Source of the DNA: Octopus sinensis | Lineage: Eukaryota | Assembly (NCBI RefSeq): GCF_006345805.1 | Contig: NC_043000.1 | Location: 6,634,001-6,698,000 of the forward strand | Reading direction: 5' to 3' | Length of the DNA: 64,000 nt | Program-made: the position numbers and the translations under genes | The notes under the pieces: model-generated | Seen by the model: the letters and a program-made list of their open reading frames with translations, nothing else | Database searches by the model: none | Told to the model about the DNA's origin: nothing | Shown: in pieces, positions 22,581 through 36,330 of the stretch | Layout: every line of letters begins with the position of its first letter | Position numbering within the stretch: the stretch's first letter is position 1

Positions 22581-24548
22581 CGTGTGTGTGTGTGTGTGTA
22601 TATACACACACACACACATACATACATACATCACATATTTATGCGCAGAAATACAATGGAAATTGACTCATCAGTAATAGGCGTCCACTAAATAGTAAAT
22701 GTCATCCAGAAAGTGTCATATGGTGTTCTACGGTCTTATACAGGGACAAAACAAAGTCATACAGGCTTGACAGGAAATACCTACAGACATGAAGGTAGAA
22801 AAGAGAGAGAGAAATAGAGACATGACAATGCTATCCCTCTTCATTTAGCACAAAGGACAATGGTATAAGTAAAATAATGACTGGTCAACACTGAATCCAT
22901 ACCTACATATAACAGGTTTAAATGCCTTATTGTCCATTCAAAAAATACATTCTGCCACAACAATTACAACTATTGAATTTGAAATTAGAACAACAAATTT
23001 CATGAAAGAAAATTTGTACTTTGAACATTCTCTCTACCAACTAGATAATTCTGCTCACCCTTGTAAAATCTCAAAGCATTTGTTTCCACTTACAAAACTA
23101 TTTTTCAAATTCAATTTCTTCATCTATTTTCTGTCCTACAGTCTTCCTGCCATTTAATCAGCAACACCTTTTTGTTTGGCCAGCCACCATTCAATAACAC
23201 CTACCTCCCGACATAATACATTCCTATTACATACACCTTTGTAGATTTCAGTTGGTTCTCTTTAAACCAGTTCCTATCCCATGGATAGCAACTGGTCTAA
23301 CTACGTTATATATAATCAATCCCTATTTTGTCTGCTCACAAAACAGAGTGCATAGATGATGCATAATTTGAATTCCACTGGCTTTTTACTAGCACAATTC
23401 CTGTTTTTCTATATCTTTACAGACATTTTTCATACCCTTTACATTCATAATCAGCCTATTTTGTACAGATCCTTTTACCTTTACAGTTTACAATTTCAAA
23501 TTTTCCAAAATGATATTTGTATGTGGACTTACATGTTTATGCACATGTGTGTACTTTTATATTTGTATTTGTGTATATGTAATTCACTTGTGTAAGTTTG
23601 TGCAGTTTATTACTTGCATCTAAAGCAATTCCTTTAAATGTGAGGATGCACTTCCATATCTTATCCATACACAGGAGTGTGAATGCCTCTCAAGACATCA
23701 ACCACACATGGAATTGTACTCAGGTGTTCTTGTATGTACATGTGGTTGCATGTGTGTGTATATGTATATAGGCATACACAAGTTGGTATGAGTATATTGG
23801 CATACAGGTAAATATGTGCATCTACTATGCTTGCATTTTAAGCTTGTGTGTATGCATAAACATATCTGGATATGTGTACATAGACTTTTGCACATTCCCA
23901 TGTTCCAACTTTTGTCAACATATCTGTAAACATTTATGAATGACAATATATGTGAATTTGCTTTACTCTGCATGTCATGCTAGGTTTGTGAATGTGTGTA
24001 GGTATATCTATATGTATCTGTTTGTATGCAGACATGCAGTGCAGTTTTGTTTCATTCATGTAGTTCAATGTATGTCATGTACATATGTATATGCAGTTAT
24101 GTGCATGCAGTGTTTTATGTACGTATATATTTCATCATCATCATTTAACATCTGCTTTCTATGCTGGAATGGGTTGAATGATTTGACAGGAGCTGGCCAG
24201 ACTCCAATTGTGTGTTTTGGCATGGTTTCTACAGGTAGGTGGGTGGGTGTGTGTGTCTTTAGTCCTTAAAGAAACTTTTGTGTGTATGTGTATTCTTAAT
24301 CCTTAAAGGAACTTTCATGTGTGCATGTATCTTTACAGATGTGTTTGAGTATGTAAGAGTGTTTGTATGTGCATGCAAGAGAGTATGAGCAAGAGTATGT
24401 GCATATGTTTATACAAGTTTGTATTTGTATATAGCTGTGTGTATGTAAATATATCTCCATACACCCCCCCCCAATCCACTGTCTATATTCTCCTTTATAC
24501 TCACCTCATACTTTGAGAGTACACTGACACTGTCCCCACAATCCTTAA

Positions 24549-24768
24549 CCCTTTAGCATTTAAACTTGCCATATCCAGTCAAAATATTCTACCTGCTTTA
24601 TGTTGACACTGGTCAGGTCAGGACTCTCACATCCACCATACAATGTCTTTCTAAAAATCATGTATCACATTATTGAAACCTCAAAGCTATAAGATAATAC
24701 ATGTTTAATTCAAAGCAATGTGGATAAATAATCATTATATTTGACAGTGTAATCTGAATATTAAAGGG
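24549..24768 (+). mobile_element. piggyBac-type MITE
   Basis: TTAA|CCCTTTAGCATTT...TATTAAAGGG|CTAA. Related copies at 32173-32320 (truncated) and 45765-45976 (inverted). Confidence 0.65.
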
Positions 24769-24939
24769 CTAAATACCTTCCAATTACTCTCACCCACCCT
24801 CATATAACACGGGTTAGCCATGCATCTCCCCTCTAGCAAGATGCTTGTGCTTGTCTCTGTATCATACTTTAGCCTTCACCATCTCCCTATCAGTGGAGAG
24901 GCTTTTTCCTTTCCCTTTCTTGTCTTGCAAATTACTTGG

Positions 24940-25480
24940 TGAGCTCACTAGTGCCAGCGTCAAGGAAAAAAGCCCCCAGTACAAACTGTAAAGTGGCTGG
25001 CATTAATAAGGGCATCCAGCTGTAGAGACCCTACCAAAGCCAATATTGGAACTCAATGCAGTCCAACCATCCAACCCATGCTAGCATGAAAAATGAACAT
25101 TAAACGACAATGATGACAGCAAGGCTGTGTGGTTGGGAAGCTCATTTCACAGTGGCATGGTTTGGAGTTCAGTCTCATTGTGTAGGACCTTGGGAAAGTG
25201 TCTTCTACTGAAGCTGATCAGTGCCTTGTTTCATTTGGTGGATAGCAGCAATAAGTGTGTCATGTGTTCTATGTACATGCTTACATTCTACACTTTGCAT
25301 GGAAAAGTGTTGAGCTACAAACCATGAAGCTTATTGTCATTCCTTGTGAACAAACTGACCACCAACACTGTACCTTCAAAGAAGTGTGCAAACAGGTAAA
25401 CATTGGTAACAAGAAGAGCATCTAGCCATAAATCAATGCTTGAAGAGTACGTATTCATCTAAGCCATGTTAATATGTAAA
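24940..25480 (+). mobile_element. RTE-tail fragment followed by tRNA-derived SINE
   Basis: aagggcatccagctgtagag...cccatgctagcatga...ttaaacgacaatgatga, then ggctgtgtggttgggaagc...gagttcagtc...ttgggaaagtgtcttctact. Confidence 0.65.
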
Positions 25481-25867
25481 ACTGGACTTAAAATTAATTA
25501 TATTTCTGGAGACAAGGTTCAAGTAATTTTTTTTTGTCTCTTCATCCAAAAGAGTTACATTTACTTTCAGTTATCATGTGGTATATCAGAGATTTTATTT
25601 TTCTTGAAATAATTGGATTTTGTGCTGTCTATATAAGCAAGCATTATGTAATTTTAATTTCACATTTATAACATTTGCATAAAAATTTTGGCTCCCGAGT
25701 CATATATAGCATCTTAACTATAAGATAAGCACTCTTACATTCTGAGATCTATTTTTTTGCAATAAGAATCAAATTTCATGCTCCTAAATTGATGAGTACC
25801 ATCCAACCATAAAAAAAAAACCCCAACATCATCCAATATTCAGGGAAGAATATGTGAACCCCACCAA

Positions 25868-25905
<38 letters not shown>

Positions 25906-27799
25906 GAAAAATGTTTCAAGAATATAGAATACCTTATTATAAGCTCGGAATGTGTGCTTCTTTTGGAAGGGATGACATGAAAACTTAGAGCACTAAGTTC
26001 ATGTATGCAAAGATAATCACTGCGCGTAAGAAGGAAACACTTGCCCTAAGATGAATGACAAGTAAAGAGAACCCTTCAAGTCATGATAAACACTAGGCCT
26101 TGCTATTACTGAGAATTGCTACAATCTCACATTAGTGAGATTTCAAATGTCAACAGCTACTAACAGTTAATAGAGTTTATGTGAAATTCAAGATAAAAAG
26201 AACTGCTCCCACACCTAAGACAGCACTGAAAAATAGACATCCTAGAACACAAAAAGAAAAAAGGACAGACCACCCCCCAATTGACTGGCATTAAGTCATT
26301 CACCAATAGATTCCAACTTGTACCCAATGACATGCTGTCTTCTCACTACTTTTACATTCATATCTGAAGTGTCCTCTGCTCCTCAAGGCTGATTTATGCT
26401 GTGCCACTTCCACTCAGGCCTTCCAAATCCATTTGTCTGTTTTTGTCACTTATATGATGACATCTCCAAATCCCAAACACAGTACTGTCCACTTTTACCA
26501 AGATCTTCCTTCCACAAAGAGAAACTATCTAGAATACCCTACCTGCATTTGACAAGCATTTACCATATTCATCAACTCTCAAGACCCTTCAAAGGCCATG
26601 GGCACAACCCCCTCATCCAACTCAATCCCTTACAAATGAATATAAAGAATTCCATAAAATGTTATTTCCCAAAAGCTATGGTTCGGAATTCTTAAATTCT
26701 ATACAAGAAGAGAATTTCCAAAATTGATCTTATTGCATCAGTAGAGCATTTTACTTGTTCCTGACTTACACTTCACTTCAAAATAGAAAGACAAAGAGAG
26801 AAATTTGGAAATTTGAGTAACTTGTAAAAACAAAGATGTGGGTTTTATATTTTTTTCATGTTCTGAAGTCCAAATATCTAGGATACAGCTGAGTTTTTTA
26901 TTATTATTATTATTTACTTTGTTGTTTTTATTTTACTGCAGTTAGGTTATGTGCCAAAAAGAATAAAAAGAGAAAGAGAAAACTGCTGCTGCTGCTGCAG
27001 CAAGCTGTCATGTGGACCTACTGCTGCTGCTGATTATCCAGTTAATCTAATCCTGCTGCTGCTTTTGCACCAAGTTTGCAGGAGTGATGAAGGATGGACA
27101 TATTGAAGAAAGATAAGAGAAAACCACTCATCTTTAACTTGGAAATGTCAATGAGGAGATAGACAAAAGTTAAAACATGCCTTTTCCTGTATTCATTAGC
27201 CTCAGAAGAGGTTAATACTTCTTTTCCCTTTCATTATTTAAACATCTCGATAGGAAGAGAAACATATTTTGAGTGAGATTAATCTGATGTCCACTTTCAA
27301 CTGTTACAGGTCAGGAAAAATATGATACTAACTACTTGGACATCATGCATACACACACCTCTCTAGCTTATGAAGGAAATTACTCCATTTGGCAATTTTT
27401 CACTTACCTAGGTTCTACAATTACTAGCAATTTCTACTCTTCTATACTATCTCTACACACGCTTATGCAATGAACCTACTACACTTTTTCCAATATACCC
27501 ACCTCTCCAAACCTTGTAGAAAATACCTTTTCTCAACACTCTGAAAAGGATGTGATTACTGCTTTTACTTCCAACTACTTCTTATCAGAAACAGTAGTTC
27601 CTGAGAGGTACAATTTGCAGGAAGAAGCAACAAGTGATTAGCACAAGAGAAGAAAACAGCGATACTCAATCATATAATCAAGTTCAGATGAACAAATACC
27701 TTTGCAGTAGCAAGGGAAGAGACAGAAAGGATACAAATTGATGACGATTCAGAGGTTGCTTAGTTTATTAAATAGACAGCTCTTTCTCTTTTCTTATAC

Positions 27800-28120
27800 C
27801 AAAAATAGGGTAAAGTCATGAATGACCATGGGATTGCATCTAGAAAGTTATCCTGTGAGACACAAGTTGGCATGGGTTGCTTATGGAAGACCAGCACAGT
27901 TGCTCATGCATACCAGCCTCTCCTCTCCACACCACTGATGTTATCCAAGGGAAAACCAAAGGCTGACACAACTTGGCACCAGTGATGTTGCATTTCTACA
28001 GCTGAGTGAACTGGAGCAATGTGAAATAAAGTGTCTTGCTCAAGAACACAACACACAACTTGGTCTGGAAATTAACTCACCTCATGATTGTGAGCCAGAC
28101 ACTTACCACTGAGCCATATG
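27800..28120 (-). mobile_element. tRNA-derived SINE (second family)
   Basis: Homologous to 22270-22580 (agctgagtgaactggagcaatgtgaaataaagtgtcttgctcaag). Confidence 0.6.
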
Positions 28121-28559
28121 CCTTCACTTTTCTTATACTAGTAGCTTCAATAATAAATAAACTCGATCTGTTTGGACATGGGTTGGTTATATCTTTCACT
28201 GTTCTTGTACCAGCCCAAAACTGATTTAGAGATAATCCAATTACAGATACATTTATGCAGTATCTTTTTAAGCAGACCCTAGGAAAGGTGCCATCCATCA
28301 AAAAAGCACCTTCACCAACTGCTCTTATTCATGCAGAGCTGATGACCAAACCAACATAACCTTCCATTTCCTTAATGTCACACATACAAAAGCAGTCTCT
28401 TCAGTTGATAAAGCAATTATGATAATAAACTTTTGGTCTGACTGCTGCCTTGATTTAATGGATTTGAGAATTAATAGTCATTTTTTTCTCATTTTAAGGA
28501 AAAAAGAAGTTCTGCAGAACAATACGAGTGGGAAAAGAAAATAAAGCATAATATTAAAG

Positions 28560-28930
28560 AAAGAAAAAGCAATAGAAGCAGAGGAATGAGAAATACTAGT
28601 GAAGTGGTTGGTAAATATCTTCTGAAGATTTCGTCTCCATGCAAAGGCATTGTTACTGTTTGGTAATGCTCCTACTCACCCGAATGCTGATTGGTAGACA
28701 TCTAACAAATCTACAAATCTTCAATTATTCAGTCAATAAACAAAGGACTAATTGTTGCATGCTAGGCTGTGCATGAAGACTTGGGGGGGGGGGAATAATG
28801 GCTGTGTTGGAGAATGAAGAAACAAGAGAGATCAGGACAAGGAATCTCATAGATGCTGCTGGCCACTACAGAGGAAGGTCACCTGAATGAGATTATCTTT
28901 ACTATGAAAATTTGCAGCAATTCAGAACAA
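28560..28930 (+). pseudogene. pogo/Tigger-like transposase remnant
   Basis: ALLLF(G)NAPTHP resembles LLLLDNAPxHP, and SIIQSINKGLI resembles SLIQPMDQGVI; heavily decayed. Confidence 0.4.
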
Positions 28931-31900
28931 TCGCAATTAAGAAACAAATTAAGCTAGATACCTTCCTTAAGCTAACTCTCCTGACCCTAAAACCCATTCC
29001 ATTGCCAACAGCCAATACATGACAACTGTCAATCAACAAAACAGTGGAAACTAATGACTTCATTTGTGCAGATTTCACAAGAGTCTGGAAGTGGTGGATA
29101 TCATTCACCTCCAGCTTTTGACACTCAATGAAAAATGTACTATGATCATAGCAAAGCACTCAGCTACACTGTCAAAAAAGCAAATAAATTTCTATATCAT
29201 ATTCTTCGTATTATATTAATATTCTTTTTTTATGATTCATGTATTTTATATTGAAGCCTTTCCTTTTTACATTCAAAATAATAATACAGCCCTCAGGTTA
29301 TTTTCAATATAATAGACTTTCACCACGAAGAGATATACAAACCACTCCCCACCATTTGTTCATTTATCTTTGATTTGATGGACCAACATCTTCTCCTATT
29401 CCATCTTTTAAATTGAGGGTTTACTATATCTGACAGGTTGCCATTCAAAAGATATAGAGAAATGGAAGATACTTAAAAACTATATGAAGCAGCCAGCCTG
29501 CTCTAGGAAGTATACAAGGGATAAGCTCCTTCAGAAAAAAATGTCACAGATACATACCAGCTGTAAAAGGTAGACCTGATATAAATAAGATTCCTTCCTG
29601 AGAAGCAAACTAATCCAGTCTGTATGAAAACTAACCAGGTGATAATCATAAAATTTTTACTTCAAACAAATGAAGTGACCTAAAAAGATCCAGCAATGGA
29701 GATATGACAATACAGTCTCATTCAACAGTTACCAAGACACAGCCATTATATATCACATAAAACTACATTATTTCTATTCATCAACAATAAAACCCTTCAA
29801 ACAAATAATAGGATTCATAATGCCTGATGACCTTTCCTAAGCTTTTCCTTGAATGTCTGACACTACTTCAGTTCTGAACTTCTCCTGACCTTCTTTCAAC
29901 AAAGCAGTGTGCCTCACATTAGAATGTTTCTCTAATGTATGGGTCAGTTCTACAATACATACAAGTTTTTGATTATATAAAAAGGACTGGGAAACTAGTT
30001 CTTGCCAAAATACATCGAGAGCAACTCTTTATTTTACATGTCTTTAGTGTACTTCAACAGTCCTTGCATCCTATATGAGTAAGACAAACAAATGATGCAC
30101 AGGATTTTTCTTTTATACTTTCATACCCAAAATCAACAGTAAAAACTTTGCCCAATTCTTTTCTCCATGGGAACTGCAACCATCTTCAGCCAGTGATTTA
30201 TTCACAAAAGGTCAAGATGAACCAAAGATACAGTTAATGTCTGAGATCTACAAAAAGCTACGGGCACTAACTCTTTTCTACCAACTGAATAATATATTTT
30301 TGAACACCTTTATAGTTTTAAGTGAAATGCCAATAGACAAAAGCCAAGGGCTAGCAAGCTAAGTCATAGCAAAAGATGTCTTTTCTTGTAGACTGCTTTG
30401 TATTGCTTAGCCCAGAAATAAATTTAGGGAAAAGAAAAAGAGCAACATTACAATTCTTTCAGACATAGCAAAGAAAGAGATTATATTGACAAATATATAA
30501 TAGTTTACCACCTTTTGTTTCATCCTTACTTTGTCTCTTACATTCACAAAGTGCTAAATTAAAATATACAAAAGATTTAGACCAAGACAGATAACTCTGC
30601 AAGATTTCTGATTGATCAAACAGGTAGATCACTAAAAAGTAAGGACATTGAATAAGACTTTATGATTTTATCATAGCATGGGGCTTTAACAATGGTAACC
30701 TCACTCCTTTTTGATCTCTTCACTGAATACAATAACACTTCAAGAAATACCATGATGCTGTTACATTTGGCACCAAGGTGTACAGGTTATTTAGAGTTAC
30801 TCCTGCATCTCCCACCACAATTATACTCGCTAGAAATTTTTTTTAATTATAATATACACAAGACAGCATTTGCATAGGAATTAAAATCCCAATGTAATTA
30901 AACTATGCTATTATTAACCAAAATCTGATTTAATTTCCTCATTAAAACACATCTACATGTGTGCATGCACAGAGAGAGGGAGAGCGAGAGAGGGTGAGAG
31001 AGAGAAAAAGTCTTAATAGCCCTGAAACTGTAAACGTATCCTTGACAATCATTTAAAAGGAAAATATTACGTTAATATAATTAATTTTGGTTAATATCAC
31101 TTTGGCTATTTCATATATTTATATATAGCTAAACTTCTGCAATTGCTAATTTAGTTTTCCAAAACACTTGTTTTAAATTCAAATTTATATTTAGAGATGC
31201 TGACTTCTGACACTGAAGATGACATGTTTAAAGTTTTTACTTTATTTGAATTTTCTGGTAACTTGACAGTATTAAAAGCCGGGTTTCTAAAAAAACAAAA
31301 AAACAATGTAGTTCACACTGAATACTAACCATTTCAAACATTTGAACACCTTCACATCTTCCAGTTTCATAATTATAGAAAGTATTAGATTTTAAATAAG
31401 ACTTTACTTATTTTAAATAAATTTGCATAAATCTTTGCCTAAGGTATCATATAAGCTCTAAATTATCTGCATCTCTTCTCACATACTTCAATAGACATGT
31501 ATCCATTAGTCAACTTCACTGAATGTAACTACATTTTTCTATTAGCCATCAAATCGGACAGGGTGACTTTTCCAAAAAAAGGGAGTGGGGTGACCATCAG
31601 ATTTATGAAGTTATGGCATCAAAGAGAATGCTATCAAAAAAATGTACACACACAAAGTAGAAAGGTAACTTTGAGATAAGTCCTCACTAAAAGAAAGCAT
31701 CAAATACCTTAACCACTCTGGTATAATACTAAATGAAAAGCATTTTCCAAGTTGTATCTTTGTCCCTGCTTGCAATAAACACTTTCCATCTATCAATAAG
31801 TAATGAAATTGCTATACCAACAAAATACAGATATTGATAGAGATAATTGAAAAAAAAAAATTCATATTTAAGAAAAATACACATACAACAAAGTATATCA

Positions 31901-34900
31901 CCTTCCTGGGGTGGAGATGAAACCACTTCTAAACAGAACAGCACATCATGTATATTACATACATACAAATGATTGAGAAAAAAAAATATCAAAGCCTTTG
32001 TTAGATAAATAACGAACTAAGAGACTTCAAAATAAATTGGAAAAGAAAAGAGGTCTATAACATTAGTAATAATGGACATTCCATATTGGACATTGAAGCC
32101 AATGTTGAAGAACCCACAAGTTGGCAGTCAAATGAATGGTCCATGAAGGTTATAGAGATATAGCCTTCCTAACCCTTTAGCATTTAAACTGGCCATATCC
32201 AACCCAAATATTCTACCTGGTTTATGTTCAAACTGACCATATCTGGTTTCTCACACCTGTACTACAATGTCATTCTAAAAATAAACTACCACACCCTCAA
32301 AATCTCGATGCTAAAGAATTAAGTATCTTGGAGAGAAACTGTACCACAAAAGATTCATGAAATTAATAAAAATGAAATAGTCTCAGAGACAGATATAAAA
32401 GTATTTCTCTAAAGAGGAAGTATACATAGTAGTCAAGGATACATGGACAGAGAGAGAGAGAGAGAGAAAGTGAGAGTATATAGTGATAGCTTACTAAAAA
32501 GCAAGCAACTCAGTTACCAACAAGTAACAGAGACGTGGAAGAAAAGATAAAAAATGTAAAGCTTAGTTGGAATCCAGGTGTAAGTCTAGAAGACATAGTT
32601 TAAGAGTACTTAACAGTCTGAAACAGGATTTCTGATATGCTAAAAATGGCGGATGAAAACACAGAATGCTTCGAACATCAAGACTGATAATAACTCCGGA
32701 TGCTACTGACAGTAGTCTATGCATAATATGGGCACTCACTGAGAATGGGGAGAATGCCATGTGGAAGTATTATTATTAGTGACTGTTAAATAAGAAATTG
32801 ACTTGAGGTGAGGAGAATATACAGCAAGAAAACCTGGTAAGTAGACTAAGTATACAAATTAGGGAAGCATTGGTAATCTAAGTGCTGAGAAAGATGAAAG
32901 CTGAGACACCTACTGATCCTTAAGTGTTACAACAAAAACGTTAAAAGTTGCTGGGTGGGAAGATGAGCTAACAATTCACTAACTAACCTTACCCATGTAT
33001 TCCTACTGTGAGTAGGTCTGCTTTATTGTTGAATCCCACAAAAACTATGACAAGTTAGAAAGCATAAATTATTCAAAATTAAAACAGACCAAGTAAGCCA
33101 GTACAAAGTATGTCATTTGGACCATATATCTATGACCACATTCCTACTGAAACCATTTTTTTTTTTTAAAGAAAACTAGCAGTATTCTAAGTTTATTGAC
33201 CAGACAGTGTGCTGATTGCAGGTACAGAAAAATTTTAGCATGTAAACTATTTCTTTATTAAGTTAACCACATTACATCCTCAAGTGTTACAGAACACATG
33301 AACTTACTACATCCTCAGCATGTTACTCAAAGTTGAACTCTGGTATGAGAGCATCAAGACTTAAGCTATCTCACTCAGAAGGACAGTATCACAACTTAGA
33401 CAAATAGTTTGCCATCTTCATCTGTTTTAAATTTTTTTAAATGGTCAAATCTAGTACTATGAGGACAGATGATCAATTTCCAAAAAGATAGCACAAGAAC
33501 CTTCAGATAAATTCAATTGATCTCAATAAAAACTCACTTTTTTGTACAGAGAAAACAATGGAAAACTGCAGTAATGTGTTAGCAGTCAGGTGTAAAGAAA
33601 TTGAGAATAGTGACATAGGTATGCAGATTTGAACCTGAATTTTTAAGAATGTTTGATTTAACAATCTTTTATGTAGTTCATAACAGAATTAAAATATAAA
33701 TAGAAGTTGAAATAACAGTTAATAGCTGCAAATGCAAACTAAACAAAAAATTTTGTTCAATATGTAAGAAAAGAATACCATATAGATATTTATCAATAAT
33801 AATTGAAGCAAAACCTGTCTCAATAGTAACTGTTTTTAGGGTATCTACTTTCTGTCAGGCCAATACCTTAGGCAGAGCCTAGAAACCTGGTCTGTCCTGC
33901 TTTTCCATTGCAGCTGACATTGTATACAATCATAGTATAGATGCATATATCCACATACTCAAGGAATGTATCTACTTTAGCTGCAACTAGTGAAGGTACC
34001 ACAACTGGAAGTGGACAAGAGAAAAATTACCATCAAGAGACAGGATGGTTGTGGGGGATATCATTACTGAGGACAATTAATTCAGTTGCAGTAAAATTTG
34101 AAATTTTTAAATTACAGAAGAATAATGAAAATATGTAAATTTAATTTCCATCTGTTCATAACAAGATGTAATAGTGAGGAATTCAACCACTTTAAAGCAT
34201 TTAGAGAAGATAACTTGTGGCTATCAGCGAAAAGTGAATGTAAAAGACAAAATACAAATGAAGTCAGCATTTCACTATGGAGCCAGTATACAAATCATTT
34301 AACCATATTTAATTCAGTTCTTAACGTTTCTACTTTCAAATCTCACAGTAGCTTGAATTGATTGACTTTATATCACATAAAAGCATTGTGCCCCAAAGTC
34401 TTGCATTATCTACACTATCTATAAGACAAATTTCACAACTAAAAATAGTTTCATTACTAATCAGTAATGAAACTGTTTAGTAAGATAGAATTGCTGATTT
34501 AACAGAGGGAGAGACATAAACTGTATGAGTCAAGACTAGACACAATGATCAGCAATTCTATTACAACTTTAACTGGTAGAATAAATAAGGCAGATCAGGA
34601 TAAGGGACAAACTAGTCTTATCAGAGATGGAACTAAGTACTGTGAGATAACAAACCACTTGTTATGCTGTATGATTAGCAGTATGCCAAAAAATGTTTCT
34701 TTCATGTTCAGTAAACAGAAGAAAATGGGAAAGTTCAAGATCTCACATAGAGAATAGAATACAGGAAGAACGACGGAATTTGACCCTTCATACACAGCAA
34801 TAAAACTTGCCTGCAGAAAATCACTGTTTCTAAGATCATAGACCTAATGTAAGCCAGTGGATTGCATCTGGTTTCATCAACTTCCTGAAGAAAAAAAGGC

Positions 34901-36059
34901 CATGTTGACCTTCATGCAATATGTTTTCAGAATATACAAGTATTTCATTCAGTTCATTGCTGAAATTCCATTGATAGTTATTGATGGCAGTGGTAATATG
35001 AAGTTAAGTAGAGCATGTGTATAAAAGAATACCAAAACCAGGAAGAAGGCTTCAATTCAACTACATTGCCATATCACTTAACAGAGATAATAAAAAATCC
35101 TCATATGGTTTTTAAATTCCAGATCAATAGTTCCCATCATACAGTGTGATGCCACCTGATACTGTGAAACAATCTATGTCTTATAAACAGTGGTAAATGA
35201 TCTTAAAGTTAAACCTTTCAATATCTGTCTGCTCTGAACTGCCCGATCATCATACAAAACCACTTGTTTTAAAGCATTCATTTTAAAATTCTTTTGTTCA
35301 CATCCATTCCAAACATCAAATGAAAAGTTTTTTCTAAATTTCTAAATTCATATTTTCAAAATTCATTTGGAATCTGGACAACTCCTGTCAAACAGTTCAA
35401 CCCATGCCAGCATGGAAAATAGATGTTAATGATGACAATTGAATGCATTTTGTAAGAAATGATTAGGAAACCCATTTGTGCCCACACTCACTCTTCTTGC
35501 CAGCAGTTGTCATTGTTATTGATAATTGAAGGTGATTAACAAAAATAAAACATTTATCTATGAATTTATCTGAATTAAATACCCAGATGATGTAAAAGTT
35601 ATAACTTTAAACTCGGGAAACCTTTAGTATACACAATATTGGCAATGTTTCTTGACATTACCATATATGCAGCAACCTATACAGTTCTTGTCAAAGCAAT
35701 ATATTCAATAAACCATGCACAGATAGATCATCTGGGGAAAAAACCCTACTTGATTGAAATGGAGATATATTGACTATCATTGCAAAAGCTACTCAGTCAC
35801 AAAACTATTATATAGCTAAATGGAGATGGTGTCTGACTAACTAATTCTTGGTACAACAACACATTTCCCAAAATATAACAAAATCATCTTCTAACACAAG
35901 TTTACATCAATGGCTTATTCAAATTCTTATTCCATGACAAAGCCTTATTTTCATTTCTAAACAGTATTCTAGAACATCTCCTTTTCGCTAACTTTGGCAC
36001 ACCAAAGTGACAACTGCTTAGAAATTTCATTGAATAACTGTACAGATTGACTTTGTCAT

Positions 36060-36330
36060 TGGTTTGTGTAGTTCAAACTTAGCAAGGTCATTGAATCTTG
36101 TTCCATGACCTTCACCATTGTGAGAAAGTCTTCATGGGGGCCAGGATGATGCTTGATGGATTTGCAAGCTGGCACACTTGTAACATGATCCAAACACAAG
36201 ACGCCTGAGAGGTTGTGGTAGAATATCTCTTCTGGTACCTCATGAGTCTGTGTGCACAAAAAGACGCCAAGTATTCGTGCATGTAGCAGTTATCTTTAGT
36301 TCTCATCTCTCAATATTGGTTTGAGTTTAA
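36060..36330 (-). pseudogene. Degenerate RTE C-terminal fragment
   Basis: GVLCLDHVTS...W*.HG fragments in the order expected after RT. Similar decayed RTE pieces are at ~32600-32960 (+), ~36930-37230 (+) and ~51190-51400 (-). Confidence 0.4.

Noticed and set aside
12350-22680. CTGATGAG hammerhead-core matches on the minus strand (~12357, ~22668)
   Set aside because: No downstream stem II-GAAA arrangement; chance matches.
27400-27420. AG|GTAAGT at ~27408 as another recursive site
   Set aside because: No pyrimidine tract upstream of the AG on the minus strand.
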